From: an uncultured Chthonomonadaceae bacterium
Lineage (GTDB): Bacteria; Armatimonadota; Chthonomonadetes; Chthonomonadales; Chthonomonadaceae
Length of the DNA: 64,000 bases
Direction of reading: 5' to 3'
Assembly (NCBI GenBank): GCA_963835065.1
Contig: CAWIEK010000046.1
Coordinates: forward strand, 1-64,000
Of the stretch, positions 1 through 12,255 are shown piece by piece; the stretch's first letter is position 1, and every line of letters begins with the position of its first letter. A model generated the notes under the pieces. That model saw only the letters and a program-made list of their open reading frames with translations, was not told where the DNA came from and did no database searches. The position numbers and the translations under genes were made by a program.

Positions 1-613
1 TGATAACGTCGAACTGCATATCGTCTCCAAATAACTCGGCGATGCGAGCCTTGATATTGTCGGTGTGGATGAACGCATAGGCGTGGCTTTCCAGCCCTTT
101 GCCGCGATCCATTGTTTCCTGGCTCGCGCCGCAGAAATTACACTTGCCACCCTTCCAGGTATGCTCCAGCCGCTCAAACCAGATGTTGCCCTGCTCGGTT
201 GTGAACGACTTGACAATGGAATGTTCGCTGTTGGCGAACTTGGAGCAGTAGACGCTGCGGCGGGCGAGCAGGCTGGTGAGTTGGGTAATGGCGATGCCAA
301 ACACCTGCCGGGTAAGAATGTGGTTGATGCGCTCCTGAAGGTCGGGAATTTCTGTTTCCAGTCCGGCCACGAGGCGGCTTGTGATCTCCCGGAGGAACAC
401 GCCGGACTTGGTGAACGGGTCGAGGAACTTCACGGAACTATCGGCCCAGAGGTTCGCGCCCTGTTTGTCTGCCGCCCACGCTTCGGCGAGGGTATCGAGC
501 ATCCGGTTGGCGAACTCCGGCGGGGTGAAAACCTCGTCGTTGGAAAGATTCGCGATGCACGTCAGCACGTCCGGGTTGCGGCCCCGAAGCGCGAAGGCTG
601 CCTTGCCGTTCAT
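1..613 (-). CDS. Eco57I-like Type II restriction-modification enzyme/methyltransferase, N-terminal part (runs off window start)
   Basis: Manual minus-strand translation gives [40 protein letters not shown]...[15 protein letters not shown]...MQFDVI, with an EVFTP motif and a SAM-binding motif I variant. ATGA overlap with the upstream gene at 610-613. Confidence 0.75.
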   Translation of the reverse strand, partial: MNGKAAFALRGRNPDVLTCIANLSNDEVFTPPEFANRMLDTLAEAWAADKQGANLWADSSVKFLDPFTKSGVFLREITSRLVAGLETEIPDLQERINHILTRQVFGIAITQLTSLLARRSVYCSKFANSEHSIVKSFTTEQGNIWFERLEHTWKGGKCNFCGASQETMDRGKGLESHAYAFIHTDNIKARIAELFGDDMQFDVI

Positions 614-1266
614 GCGGCCTCCCTCGGTGATTCTTCAAGCGCGACGGAAGCGAGTTCGGTAGCGGTCATTGGCGGGTAGGTACGGGTCGGCGTGAAGATT
701 TCGTGCCTGCCCATATCGGCAAAAAGTGAATCGTCCGCGCTGAAAGCCGACGAGCCGGTGAGAACGTCGAGACGAAAGTCACGCCGCTGGAACTTGCCCC
801 TGCCCAGGTATCCCCACTCGGCAAAGGTGATAGCCTCGCCCTCGTTTGTGAGCATTTTCAGAGCGTCGCCGTGAACGAGGTTTTGCGACAGCACATAGAA
901 CGCGGCGCGATACAGGTCGTCCGCCTCCTCCAGATTCAGATACGCGGCCAGAATTTCCAGCAGATTCGCCCGACACTCCGCGATGTTATCCGCCAGAAGT
1001 TCGATGCCGTAGATGCACATCAGCGCGTACAGCGCATACTGCTGCCGCTCAAAGTCGGACCGGCCAAACTTACGCTCCACAGCTCGAGCTTGCGCTGAAG
1101 AACCTGGACGAGAAAGTTGCCGCTCCCACACGCAGGCTCCAAAAAGCGCGAATCAATGCGCTCGGTTTCGTCCTTGACCAGATCGAGCATCGCCTCGACC
1201 ATCCACGGAGGGCGTGAATACCTCTCCGTGATCGGCGACGCGCTGTTTGGACTTGACCAGACTCAT
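610..1266 (-). CDS. Small N6-adenine DNA methyltransferase-like subunit, with two compensating frameshifts near 1205 and 1085
   Basis: Pieces in different frames join to [29 protein letters not shown]...[27 protein letters not shown]...[21 protein letters not shown] is methyltransferase motif I. Confidence 0.7.
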
Positions 1267-1562
1267 ATACTCGTGGCCTCCGTCACCCATCCCCGTAAGC
1301 GCTCCATCATCTGCACGATAGACACGTTCTCTTTACGGGCTAAATCGTAGATTGCATCCATGATACGGCGCTCATAATCCACAAAGTCGGGGCGCAGGGG
1401 AATGAGCATCTGTGCATCGTTTCCACTGTTTGGGCGCATGAGGGTAAAATGCGGTGATGGCGATGCGACTTCGCGCCACCCACTGGCAACAGCATAGCGA
1501 CGAAGCGCTTCATGCGATATTTCTTTGACATCTTCGGCAGATAGGGCATTCGGTGTAATCAT
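1263..1562 (-). CDS. Hypothetical protein; resembles the N-terminal part of the usual DUF4365 partner protein
   Basis: 99 aa ORF with overlapping stop/start codons on both sides (TGATG at 1560-1564, ATGA at 1263-1266). Confidence 0.55.
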   Translation of the reverse strand: MITPNALSAEDVKEISHEALRRYAVASGWREVASPSPHFTLMRPNSGNDAQMLIPLRPDFVDYERRIMDAIYDLARKENVSIVQMMERLRGWVTEATSI

Positions 1563-2074
1563 CAGAGTGGCTCCTGTCTCGCAACGCGCAGCAAGAGGTT
1601 CCGCAAAGCAGAGGGAGAAAAGACATTACTCACCGGAATCGCGATGCGCTGTGTCTTGCTGTTTGTTGAAGCGGGCAGTCCCGCAAGATTGTACCAATAG
1701 GCGCAACGCCGCAAAATCAACTCCTGCCTGCTCTGAACCGCCCACTGTTCGCGTTGTTCCGGCAGATGAAGCAGCACGAGGAGTGCAGGAATGTGCCGAT
1801 TCTCGATACGCAACTCATTGTAATTTTTGATCGGCAGATCGAAAAGAAGGGATTCATCGCGTATCTCGACCTTTGCCGAAGATTTCAATTGTACGTCCAA
1901 TACGGGCGACCACAAAACCCCCGGCTCTTCACTGAGCCATCCATATCCACGCAGGGACACATCCACGCTATCAATATCCACCTGCATCCGCTCCACCCCA
2001 AACCCGCTCAGGGACGCAATCGCCTGGATGTAGGCAAGGCTCAGATGCTCTTTGACAATATTGTCGGTCAGCAC
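1562..2074 (-). CDS. DUF4365 family PD-(D/E)XK nuclease-like protein
   Basis: KEHLSLAYIQAIA...DIDSVD...DVQLKS...KNYNELR...LLVLL...RRCAYWYNL pattern; GTG start after a GGAG RBS. Confidence 0.75.
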   Translation of the reverse strand: MLTDNIVKEHLSLAYIQAIASLSGFGVERMQVDIDSVDVSLRGYGWLSEEPGVLWSPVLDVQLKSSAKVEIRDESLLFDLPIKNYNELRIENRHIPALLVLLHLPEQREQWAVQSRQELILRRCAYWYNLAGLPASTNSKTQRIAIPVSNVFSPSALRNLLLRVARQEPL

Positions 2075-2330
2075 GTTTTACTCTCCGCCTCGGTGGATAC
2101 AGCATGGGTTCCGCGCCTAAAACCTGTAGCGGCGGACTGTTGCGCTCGCCTCTATTATACATCAGAACCGTCCGCGTATGCAGATAACCTCAGACGACAG
2201 AGCAAAGCCCAATTGCGTCTGTAAGCGCACTCATAACAGGGAGGCTGCATTCCGTCCTCCGAATGTCATCGTGAGGGGTACGCTCACGAAACGGGAAATA
2301 TGGCATTGCGTTCGATTGAATCCTTCGCTC

Positions 2331-2362
2331 TATTGACTCATTCCAGATTAAGCGTGTATAAT
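2331..2362 (+). promoter_or_regulatory. sigma70-type promoter of furA with overlapping FurA-type operator
   Basis: TTGACT (2333-2338), 18 nt spacer, TATAAT (2357-2362). TTGACTCATTCCAGATTAAG resembles the mycobacterial FurA box as I recall it. Confidence 0.65.
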
Positions 2363-2369
2363 GGTTATT

Positions 2370-2807
2370 ATGACGCCTGACAAATCCACACCTCACGAAT
2401 CCCTGCGCAGTGCCGGTTTGCGCGTGACCGCGCCCCGGCTCGCCGTACTCACGTCGGTTTTGGGTGAGGGACAGCACCGGGATGCGGAAGCCATTGCCAA
2501 CGCTGCCCGTAAGCGGATTGGCGCTCTCTCCACTCAGGCCGTGTACGACAATCTGCACATTCTGGAGGAGGCCGGACTGATCCGACGCATCCAGCCTTCA
2601 GGCCATCCGGCTCGCTATGAGGCGCGGGTGGGGGACAACCACCATCACCTTGTCTGTCGCAGTTGCGGCCTGACTGCCGATGTGGACTGCGCGGTTGGCG
2701 CGGCCCCCTGCCTGGAACCATCCGCCACGCATGGGTTCAGTGTTCAGGAGGCGGAAGTGATTTTTTGGGGGCTGTGTCCCCAATGTCAACAAGAGACTCA
2801 ACCCTGA
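2370..2807 (+). CDS. furA: Fur/PerR family transcriptional regulator (FurA type), probably leaderless
   Basis: [17 protein letters not shown] and CPQC motifs; directly upstream of katG; ATG lies 7 nt after the -10 box. Confidence 0.85.
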   Translation: MTPDKSTPHESLRSAGLRVTAPRLAVLTSVLGEGQHRDAEAIANAARKRIGALSTQAVYDNLHILEEAGLIRRIQPSGHPARYEARVGDNHHHLVCRSCGLTADVDCAVGAAPCLEPSATHGFSVQEAEVIFWGLCPQCQQETQP

Positions 2808-5115
<2,308 letters not shown>

Positions 5116-5145
5116 AACCAGGAAGTAGTCCTTTGATACTTCATA

Positions 5146-5180
5146 GAAAAGCGTCCGACAATCGCTGCCGGACGCTTTTC
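5146..5180. terminator. Intrinsic terminator-like hairpin after katG
   Basis: GAAAAGCGTCCG...CGGACGCTTTTC perfect inverted repeat. Confidence 0.6.
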
Positions 5181-5232
5181 AATTTCGCCGGTATGTTGTA
5201 TAATGAGAAGGTGGGAAGGAGGCGAGAACACA

Positions 5233-5538
5233 ATGAGCGACAACATCAAGATGACGCAAACCGAAGCGGCGAACCGCTGCTTTTTAGAGAGAGTACAGCA
5301 GATACCCAACATTACTGTTCACGTTACAGGCGGTGAAACACTTGTAGAACAATCCTTCCTTGTGGACGTGCCGACTTTGCGCAGTGAGGAAGCAGATCGC
5401 GTGTACGAATTGGAAGGCGATATTTACCGAGCCTATCCTAAAGCGCGAACCTATGTGCGCGTCCGTGGCAGGAAAGAATTGACCGGTATATCCAATGTTG
5501 CGTTCGATGTTACAGGCGAGGGAATGGGTAAGGAATGA
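5233..5538 (+). CDS. Hypothetical protein
   Basis: GGAGG RBS, upstream TATAAT, and ATGA overlap with the next gene. Confidence 0.55.
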   Translation: MSDNIKMTQTEAANRCFLERVQQIPNITVHVTGGETLVEQSFLVDVPTLRSEEADRVYELEGDIYRAYPKARTYVRVRGRKELTGISNVAFDVTGEGMGKE

Positions 5539-6143
5539 CACAGAGACTATTTGTTTGTGTTTTATTTGTTGCATTATCTATAGCAACGATGGCTGACAAG
5601 CCAGTTCCGCGCAGTCATAGCAAATCAACTCCTGCAATCAATTCTAAGTTTATGCCGACTGATGCGAAAACCGCGCAGGCGCGGCGGGAAGTGCAGGCGG
5701 CGTATGACAGGCAATCGGCGGCGCTGCTGCGCAAGGATGTGAACGGCTTTCTGGCTCTATGTACGCGGGATTATCAGGATACTAAAGTGGACGGCCATGT
5801 GTATACCGCCGATCATATCCGGCAGGTGCTGCCCGCGCAAATCGCCCACTATCCCAAGCAGTTCACGCTGAAAGCGGCCATTAAGACGTTCCGGCTTTCA
5901 GGCAGTCGGGCGGAAGTCACGGCGAACCGGCATCTGGAACTGATGCGGACGGACTCGCTGCGCCACACGCAAGTTCCGTGGAGCAGCGACACCGTTACCG
6001 AAGATGCTTGGGTGAAAAGCGGTTCGAGTTGGCTGCTGCAAAACAGCAAGGAAACGCGCTTCAACAAGAAAACCCCGCCTGCCCCGGTGAAATCAACCTT
6101 GAAACGGCCTACAGGAAAAACAGCAGTACCCCAAGCGCGATGA
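5535..6143 (+). CDS. Secreted NTF2-like (SnoaL/DUF4440) protein
   Basis: Signal peptide, a helix AYDRQSAALLRKDVNGFLAL, and a terminal DAWVKSGSSWLL strand. Confidence 0.6.
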   Translation: MTQRLFVCVLFVALSIATMADKPVPRSHSKSTPAINSKFMPTDAKTAQARREVQAAYDRQSAALLRKDVNGFLALCTRDYQDTKVDGHVYTADHIRQVLPAQIAHYPKQFTLKAAIKTFRLSGSRAEVTANRHLELMRTDSLRHTQVPWSSDTVTEDAWVKSGSSWLLQNSKETRFNKKTPPAPVKSTLKRPTGKTAVPQAR

Positions 6144-6798
6144 GCGCCGCTCCGACGATCAAGCCTTCGTTATGCTCCAGCCATTGCAGCCGGATGCGCC
6201 GCAATCCTAAAATTGTCAGCCACACCAGCAGCAGCATCAAGCCCAGGGTGGTGACAATCAGACACGCGCTGACTAATACTACGACGTGCCAGGGCATAGC
6301 CGACGCTGCAACGAATACGGACAGCAAATCCAGGCACGGCGACAGGGTCATGCCCAGCACGAGGGCGCCCATCACCGTCGGCTCCTGCCCCAATTTCCCC
6401 AAACTGTCGGCGCGGGTCGCCTCATGCGCCACTTCTTCCAGTTTCTCATCGTGGGCATGATGGTGGTGATGGTGCGGCCCGCCGCGCAGACAGGAAACCA
6501 CGAAGTAAATTCCAAGCGCGATGAGCAGGGCGGCGGTAGCGGCGTGTTCGATCTGCGGCGGAATCAGGCGCGTCAGCGCCTTGCCCGCAAACATTACGCC
6601 GATGCCAAGCGCAATCGTCAGCAGGATATGCCCGCTTCCCGCCAGAAACGTCACCAGCAGGGCGCGGCGCAGCGTCCATTGCCGCGCCCGCGCCACGACC
6701 GCAAACGCCAGCCAGTGTGAGGGAATCAGCGCATGGAGCGCGGATATAGAAACGGTTCCCAACAGCAGCGCCGCCAGGGAATGACCGGATGGGTTCAT
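6109..6798 (-). CDS. His-rich membrane protein, nickel/cobalt transporter-like
   Basis: LHALIPSHW, GH, a poly-His loop and LSPC; about 6 TM segments. Confidence 0.65.
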   Translation of the reverse strand: MNPSGHSLAALLLGTVSISALHALIPSHWLAFAVVARARQWTLRRALLVTFLAGSGHILLTIALGIGVMFAGKALTRLIPPQIEHAATAALLIALGIYFVVSCLRGGPHHHHHHAHDEKLEEVAHEATRADSLGKLGQEPTVMGALVLGMTLSPCLDLLSVFVAASAMPWHVVVLVSACLIVTTLGLMLLLVWLTILGLRRIRLQWLEHNEGLIVGAALIALGVLLFFL

Positions 6799-6806
6799 GT
6801 CTAATC

Positions 6807-7748
6807 TCACTCCGCCCGCAGGCTGAAACGGTCCAATTGGGAGCCGTCGGCGCGCAGGGCGGTGAACGCGACTAATTTGCCTGTGACTTCGCAGACGACG
6901 CAATGGTTCACGCTCTCGTATTTGTCGCCTGAAATCGCGCCTTTTTCCGGGTCGGCGGAATACAGCGGCGCCCCCCCGCCCCCGCTTACCATATACGTGA
7001 TGCCGTCGCGCTGTGTACGGTAGTACAAATGGTCATGTCCGTTGAAAACGGCGCGGACGCCGTATTTTTTGAAGACCGGATGCAGGGTTTTGCGCACGTC
7101 CAGATCGCTGCCATGCGAACCGATGGAAAACGGCGCGACGTGGAAGAACACGAAAATATGCGTCGGCTTCGTGGTCAGCGTCTTATCCAAATCCTGAATC
7201 AGCCACTTATACTGCGCGCTGTTTTCGTCATAAGGCGTTTTCTCGTCAATGGCAAGCCCGATGAAATGGCAGTTGGCTTTATCGAACGAATAGTAGAACT
7301 TGTTGCCGGACGTATACGGCGCGGTCACGCGGTCTTCAAAGCCTTTGCCGCCGAAGTCATGGTTGCCGCGCACGATGTAAAACGGCGCTTTCTGTCGCGC
7401 CTCACCTGTAATGGCGTCATACGTTTCCCATTGGCTTGCCACGCCCCCGTTATGCACCAGATCGCCCGTTTGCAGGATGAACTCCGGGTTTTGCTTCATC
7501 ATTACGGCGATCACTTTGCGGTGGGCGTCGTGTCCGTCCCGCGTATCCCCGTACAGGCAAAAACGGAGCGTATTAGGAGAATTTTTTGAGCCGGGTGATG
7601 GGAGCGCAGGAGAAGGCTTTTGGGCCGTAGTCTGCGCGCGCTTTTTGGCAAACGTAGTCACGGCAAGGACGGCGAAAAGCAGCATTATCAACAGCGTAAA
7701 CGCTCCGCTTACAGGCGCGCGCTTTCGCATCAATTCACGCAACGACAT
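6807..7748 (-). CDS. Calcineurin-like metallophosphoesterase (purple acid phosphatase-like), exported
   Basis: GD, TGDLV, RGNHD, H and GHDHLY motifs; N-terminal hydrophobic segment. Confidence 0.85.
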   Translation of the reverse strand: MSLRELMRKRAPVSGAFTLLIMLLFAVLAVTTFAKKRAQTTAQKPSPALPSPGSKNSPNTLRFCLYGDTRDGHDAHRKVIAVMMKQNPEFILQTGDLVHNGGVASQWETYDAITGEARQKAPFYIVRGNHDFGGKGFEDRVTAPYTSGNKFYYSFDKANCHFIGLAIDEKTPYDENSAQYKWLIQDLDKTLTTKPTHIFVFFHVAPFSIGSHGSDLDVRKTLHPVFKKYGVRAVFNGHDHLYYRTQRDGITYMVSGGGGAPLYSADPEKGAISGDKYESVNHCVVCEVTGKLVAFTALRADGSQLDRFSLRAE

Positions 7749-7983
7749 GGATGGTTCCTTTATATGTTAGAGGTTATTGTGGCACGGACGCAGTTTCTAC
7801 CGATACGAATTTCGCGCCATTTCTGAACTGTTAGCATACCTCATAAGATACCGCTAAAAACCCGCCGTTGTTCCTGTCTGCCGCTCCCGCCTGAACTTTA
7901 TCGTCGCCAACCCGGAGCGGACGAGCGCTGAAGTTCGTAGTTCCCGCCTCTCTATCAACCATCAACTATTAACTATCAACTCT

Positions 7984-8880
7984 TTAATTTCCCTGCCGCA
8001 TAGTGTTCACCTGAACCTGAGCGCCATCGGAGCGGCACTGGACGGCTCCGGTCTGGTCGGTGCGCAAAACTTGTGTTTGTCCTGTTCGCAGGCGTTCGAC
8101 AACAGCGGCGCTGGGATGCCCGTAAAGGTTGTGCGCGCCCAGGGAAAGAACAGCATAATGGGGATGGGCGCGGGACAGAAAGGGAAGGGTACTGGACGTG
8201 CTGCTGCCATGATGCCCGGCTTTGAGAACGTCACATTGCAGGTTCAGGCCGTCGCGCACCAGGTCGCTTTCCTCGTCGGCTTCGGCGTCGCCCGTCAGCA
8301 GAAAGGCTGTATGCCCGTAGCGCAGGCGCACTACGACGCTGGCATTGTTGGCCGAGCCGCGCGTTTCGAGGGGAGTGGGAGCCAGAATGTCGAGGATCGC
8401 GCCGTCGCCGCAGTCCAGGCTTTGCCCGCGCTGCGCCGCCTTGTGAGGTACGTGTTCCTGCTGCGCCGTTTGCAGAAGCTGCCGGTTCAGGGGCGAATCA
8501 TCGGGCTGTCCATTGTCCATCAACAGGCGCGTGTCGAAGCCGGTCAGCAGCGTGGCCGCGCCGCCGATGTGGTCGGCATGGGGATGCGTCAAAATCAGCG
8601 CGTCAATGCGTCCCACGCCCTCATGGTTCAGAAACGGCGCAACCACGCGCCGCCCCATGTCCTCCCCCGGCGAACTGCCGATGCCGCCCGTATCAATCAC
8701 AATCACTTTGCCGGAGGGGGTTTGTATCACTGCCGAGTCGCCCTGCCCAACGTCAAGAAAAGTGACATGCAAAAAACCGTCACCATGCCGATGTGCCAGA
8801 TTCCAGCCCAACAGCGCGACATTGGCGACAACAAACAGCAACAGCAGTTTCCAGGCGGAAGATAGTTTTTTCACGAACAT
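7984..8880 (-). CDS. ComEC/Rec2-type metallo-beta-lactamase fold hydrolase
   Basis: FLDVGQGDS, THPHADHIGG, TGDAE, GHHGS and YGHP motifs. Confidence 0.9.
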   Translation of the reverse strand: MFVKKLSSAWKLLLLFVVANVALLGWNLAHRHGDGFLHVTFLDVGQGDSAVIQTPSGKVIVIDTGGIGSSPGEDMGRRVVAPFLNHEGVGRIDALILTHPHADHIGGAATLLTGFDTRLLMDNGQPDDSPLNRQLLQTAQQEHVPHKAAQRGQSLDCGDGAILDILAPTPLETRGSANNASVVVRLRYGHTAFLLTGDAEADEESDLVRDGLNLQCDVLKAGHHGSSTSSTLPFLSRAHPHYAVLSLGAHNLYGHPSAAVVERLRTGQTQVLRTDQTGAVQCRSDGAQVQVNTMRQGN

Positions 8881-8919
8881 CGAAGTGAATTCTTGTTGTG
8901 GCGCTTTTTCAGCAGATAC

Positions 8920-9402
8920 TCACACCTTAGATAAAGTTGTTAAAACGTTGAAAAACTCGTTATTTGCCGGCAGGTGGGGTACTTCCTTGTTGCTGTTTGT
9001 GAAGCGAGCAGGAATGGAACGGCCTTCCATGACGGCGGCTTCCATCCAAACGTTTACCTCACGACGAATCAAGTTCCATGCCTCCTCGAAGGATGCCGCT
9101 TCTATTCTGCATCCGGGCAAATCCGGCGCATAAGCGACACACCCTTTTCCATTCGGCTTCGGCTCCAAAACAAGTTGATAACGATCTGCCGCCAGGCCAT
9201 CCACAAAGCGCCAGTACGTCATAGATTGTCCATCCTCCTGAATGAGAGTTTCCCGCATGGGAACTTCTCCACGCTGGTAAGCGGCGGTTGAGGCAAGAAG
9301 GTTCTGGCAGACGGTATCCATTTCCTGCTCGGTCATAGTTTCGTCTTCCGGTTCAAACTCGTCCGCTTCCAAAACCCAATGCGACATATCGGGAACAGTC
9401 AT
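8920..9402 (-). CDS. Putative antitoxin with a C-terminal HicB-like domain
   Basis: YQLVLEP...AYAPDLPGC...AASFEEAWNLIRREV...GRSIP matches the HicB RNase H-like signature. Coupled to the toxin by a TAATG overlap. Confidence 0.65.
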   Translation of the reverse strand: MTVPDMSHWVLEADEFEPEDETMTEQEMDTVCQNLLASTAAYQRGEVPMRETLIQEDGQSMTYWRFVDGLAADRYQLVLEPKPNGKGCVAYAPDLPGCRIEAASFEEAWNLIRREVNVWMEAAVMEGRSIPARFTNSNKEVPHLPANNEFFNVLTTLSKV

Positions 9403-9743
9403 TATGCTGTAATCTCCTTGCGGAACTCTTCTGCGAGAATACGAAAAGCGCGTTTTTGGTCAGGTGTCAAATCATTCGTATTCTTGTCATACACAAAAAT
9501 CAGCAGAATATACCTCGCTTCTTCTACGTATGAGTAGATCACCCGAATACCGCCTCGCTTTCCCTTCCCGCGTAAGGGATCGTTCCAGCGCACTTTTCGC
9601 GCTGCGCCTGCGCCGGGGATGACGGCTCCCGCGTTGGGCTGCTGCAACAGCGCGTTCTGAAAGCCCCGGTAGCCTTCATCACTGCCGAATAAAGTTTCGC
9701 GCACTTTGGAGAACTCGATGTGTTCCCGAAATGCGATGTTCAT
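9402..9743 (-). CDS. RelE/HigB-2 family toxin
   Basis: PNAGAVIPGAGAARKVRW...GKGKRGGIRVIY...LLIFVYDKN..DLT pattern. Confidence 0.85.
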   Translation of the reverse strand: MNIAFREHIEFSKVRETLFGSDEGYRGFQNALLQQPNAGAVIPGAGAARKVRWNDPLRGKGKRGGIRVIYSYVEEARYILLIFVYDKNTNDLTPDQKRAFRILAEEFRKEITA

Positions 9744-9801
9744 AGTTAGCTCTTATTAGAACGCTGTTGCAGCAACCCACCTGCGCAACGGTTGCGCGCG
9801 T

Positions 9802-10688
9802 TTATTTGCGGCGGAAGGCGTCGTAGATCAGTTCGGGGCGGAAGGGGCCACCGGTGTAGCCTTCGGCGGCGTACAGGTAGACGACTGCTGTGTAAATGCC
9901 GGACAGCGCGGCTTGTATCAGGCGACAGGGCCGTAATTCCAGCACGAACAGCGCGATGGAAGCAACAATCAGCGGCACGGATTCCATGCTGATGCCCGCA
10001 ATGAACAGTGGCAAGCAGCAGCAGGTCAGCAGGACCGCGAACATGCTGGAAACGGTAACTGATGCCGACATTGCCGACGATCTGCTCGCCCCACGTCTGC
10101 TTGAGCAGGGACGTGCTGCGTCGAACCGCGTCTATCGGGCCGACGTTTTCCATAATCAGAATGGGCGCGACCAGGTACGTCGCCACGTTCCACGCCAGGC
10201 CGAACAAGCCCAGGCCTAAGCCGTCCCAAAATGCCCGCGCGCTCGGCAATCGTCCGCATCACCATGCCGACGGTAGACGCCAGCAGCGCGTACCCGAAAA
10301 TCGCGCCAAAGTGGTTCATCGCCAGCCCGAACCCGTCCTGAAGGGTGGGTTTGCCGCCCCGCAGCCGAATGATCGCCGCTCCGACAAGCGCGGTATTGGC
10401 GAAGAATACGACAACGTACTGCGTCAGGTAGAACAGGAACATGATCGCATAACCAATTGGGCTGTGCAGTTGCGCGTCAATGTTGGCTCCACTCGCGGCG
10501 GAGTGCGACGAGACGTTAAACCAGTGGTGCGTCCAGGCGTACAATCCCGCCGGAATAAAGAACGTGGCTGTGATAATCAGCGACGCGAAGGCGGAAAAGA
10601 TAGGAAAGACAATCAGGTGCTTGTCCGAGCGCAGGACGGCGGCGCTGGCCTGAAACAGCGCCCAACTTTTGTTGAACTTTTCAAACAT
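9802..10688 (-). CDS. DUF6159-like membrane protein, with frameshifts near 10225 and 10055
   Basis: SWALFQASAAVLRSDKHLIVFP...FFANTALV.../AWNVATYLVAPILIMENVGPIDAVRRS...TWGEQ/...ALSGIYTAVVYLYA spread over three frames. Confidence 0.65.
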
Positions 10689-10712
10689 GGCATCTCCTTT
10701 TTCTTGTTGAAC

Positions 10713-11459
10713 TTATTTCTTGAAGCGGTTGATCTGCTCCGGTTCGCCGAACGCGCCCTTTTGCCCGAACGCGACAAAGCGTACTTTCAGGTCGTGCAGG
10801 CCGTCCATGCGGATCGTGCCGCCGTTTTGCCCACTCAGGCGCGACACGCCCATCAAGCCCGGATCGGCTTTGGCTTTCGGATGAATAGTTCCGACCAAGC
10901 GCCCGCCGTCCATGTGGCGCAGGCCGTTGGCAACGCGGAACAACACCCAATTCCACTTTTTGTTGTTGGCCTGTGGGGGAATTTCGCCGCCGTCTACGGC
11001 AATCGGTTCGGGCAGGGTTCCGGTCAGGAAATTGCAGTAGCGAGGCGAACCATCGGGATTGACAAGCGCCTCATCGCCGTAAACCTGCATCAGAATGTCA
11101 ATGACGTGTTCGTTTGCCCACAGCGCGTACTGATCGTCGGCGGTGTTGAACTTGATGCCCATCACGCGGACTCCCGTATGTCCGCCAACCGTAACGGGTT
11201 CGGTGACGTGATCCGCGCCCGTCAAAATTTGCAGGTTCGGCGTCCAGTTGGAGGAGGGCGGAGTCAAAGCCTTGTCTACGCTGACGTAATGTACTTTTTT
11301 CGCCGTATCAATGGTTAGCGGCCATGCTTCGGGAGAAAACGGGCCTTTGACGTTTCGCTGTCCGCTTTGCGCAGGCAGTATCACAACGAAGAACAGCATC
11401 AAAATGAGCAGGGCAGGACGCAATCGGGCAGTTTGCGGCAGGGAAATCATTGTTGGCAC
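10713..11459 (-). CDS. Hypothetical secreted protein
   Basis: 248 aa ORF with a signal peptide and typical codon usage. Confidence 0.6.
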   Translation of the reverse strand: MPTMISLPQTARLRPALLILMLFFVVILPAQSGQRNVKGPFSPEAWPLTIDTAKKVHYVSVDKALTPPSSNWTPNLQILTGADHVTEPVTVGGHTGVRVMGIKFNTADDQYALWANEHVIDILMQVYGDEALVNPDGSPRYCNFLTGTLPEPIAVDGGEIPPQANNKKWNWVLFRVANGLRHMDGGRLVGTIHPKAKADPGLMGVSRLSGQNGGTIRMDGLHDLKVRFVAFGQKGAFGEPEQINRFKK

Positions 11460-11708
11460 TCCGGCGGAATACAGTGGATATACAACAGGACGTAACCAGA
11501 ACGGCGCAGGCTACATATATTTTACGTATCGGATTATGTCGTTAAAAATGCGTTGTTTCAGGGACACAGGTATACTATGCAGCAAGCTGAAGAACACGCT
11601 TCGCGCCGAGTGTAGGGTACAGCCTGAACTTGACGCAAAGGGTATTTCTATAAACATTGTAGAACATCTTTGTGGCATAAATCAAGGTTAGTCGGAAGAA
11701 GTAAACTT

Positions 11709-12176
11709 ATGAAAAACTCTGAGGAACGCGAAACCCAACATCCGCCGCGCCAGCGTCTCGGCGAAGCCCGCGAACGCCGCGAACATCTCCGGGGCAGGCG
11801 ACGCCGAACCCGCTTGCTGGACGACCATCTTGGCAGCGTACTCACCGCCATCGTGTCACTGGCCGCGATTTTTATCTCGCTGACGCAGGTGTGGGTTGCC
11901 ACCAACGCCAAAGAAAACGAGCTGAAACTGCAAAAGATGCAGCAGGAGCAGGAGTGGAAGTACAAAGCCCTTGACTTCGTGACGCGCAATGCCGACGGTT
12001 TTTTCGGCAAGGACGCGCAGCGCCGCGAACACATGGCGAACGCGCTGGCAACCGTCTTTCCGCCCGAAGTGGCGGGCCAACTTTTGAGTAATCTGAAGCA
12101 AACGGCCACGTCAAAGGAAGCGCGTAAAACGTTTTCCGACACGGAAGATCGTATGCATGGCATGAAGCCGAAATAA
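11709..12176 (+). CDS. Hypothetical single-TM protein
   Basis: Basic N-terminus, one TM helix and a coiled-coil-like region. Confidence 0.55.
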   Translation: MKNSEERETQHPPRQRLGEARERREHLRGRRRRTRLLDDHLGSVLTAIVSLAAIFISLTQVWVATNAKENELKLQKMQQEQEWKYKALDFVTRNADGFFGKDAQRREHMANALATVFPPEVAGQLLSNLKQTATSKEARKTFSDTEDRMHGMKPK

Positions 12177-12255
12177 TCTGCTGCTGCGCCAACGTGGGTA
12201 TGTCATGCTCGAACGGTCTGTACAGCGTCGCCCGCTCCTATATCTAAGCCTGCAT

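Noticed and set aside
7860..7950. Riboswitch upstream of the metallophosphoesterase
   Set aside because: Some pairing potential (GAACTT/AAGTTC), but no aptamer consensus that I recognise.
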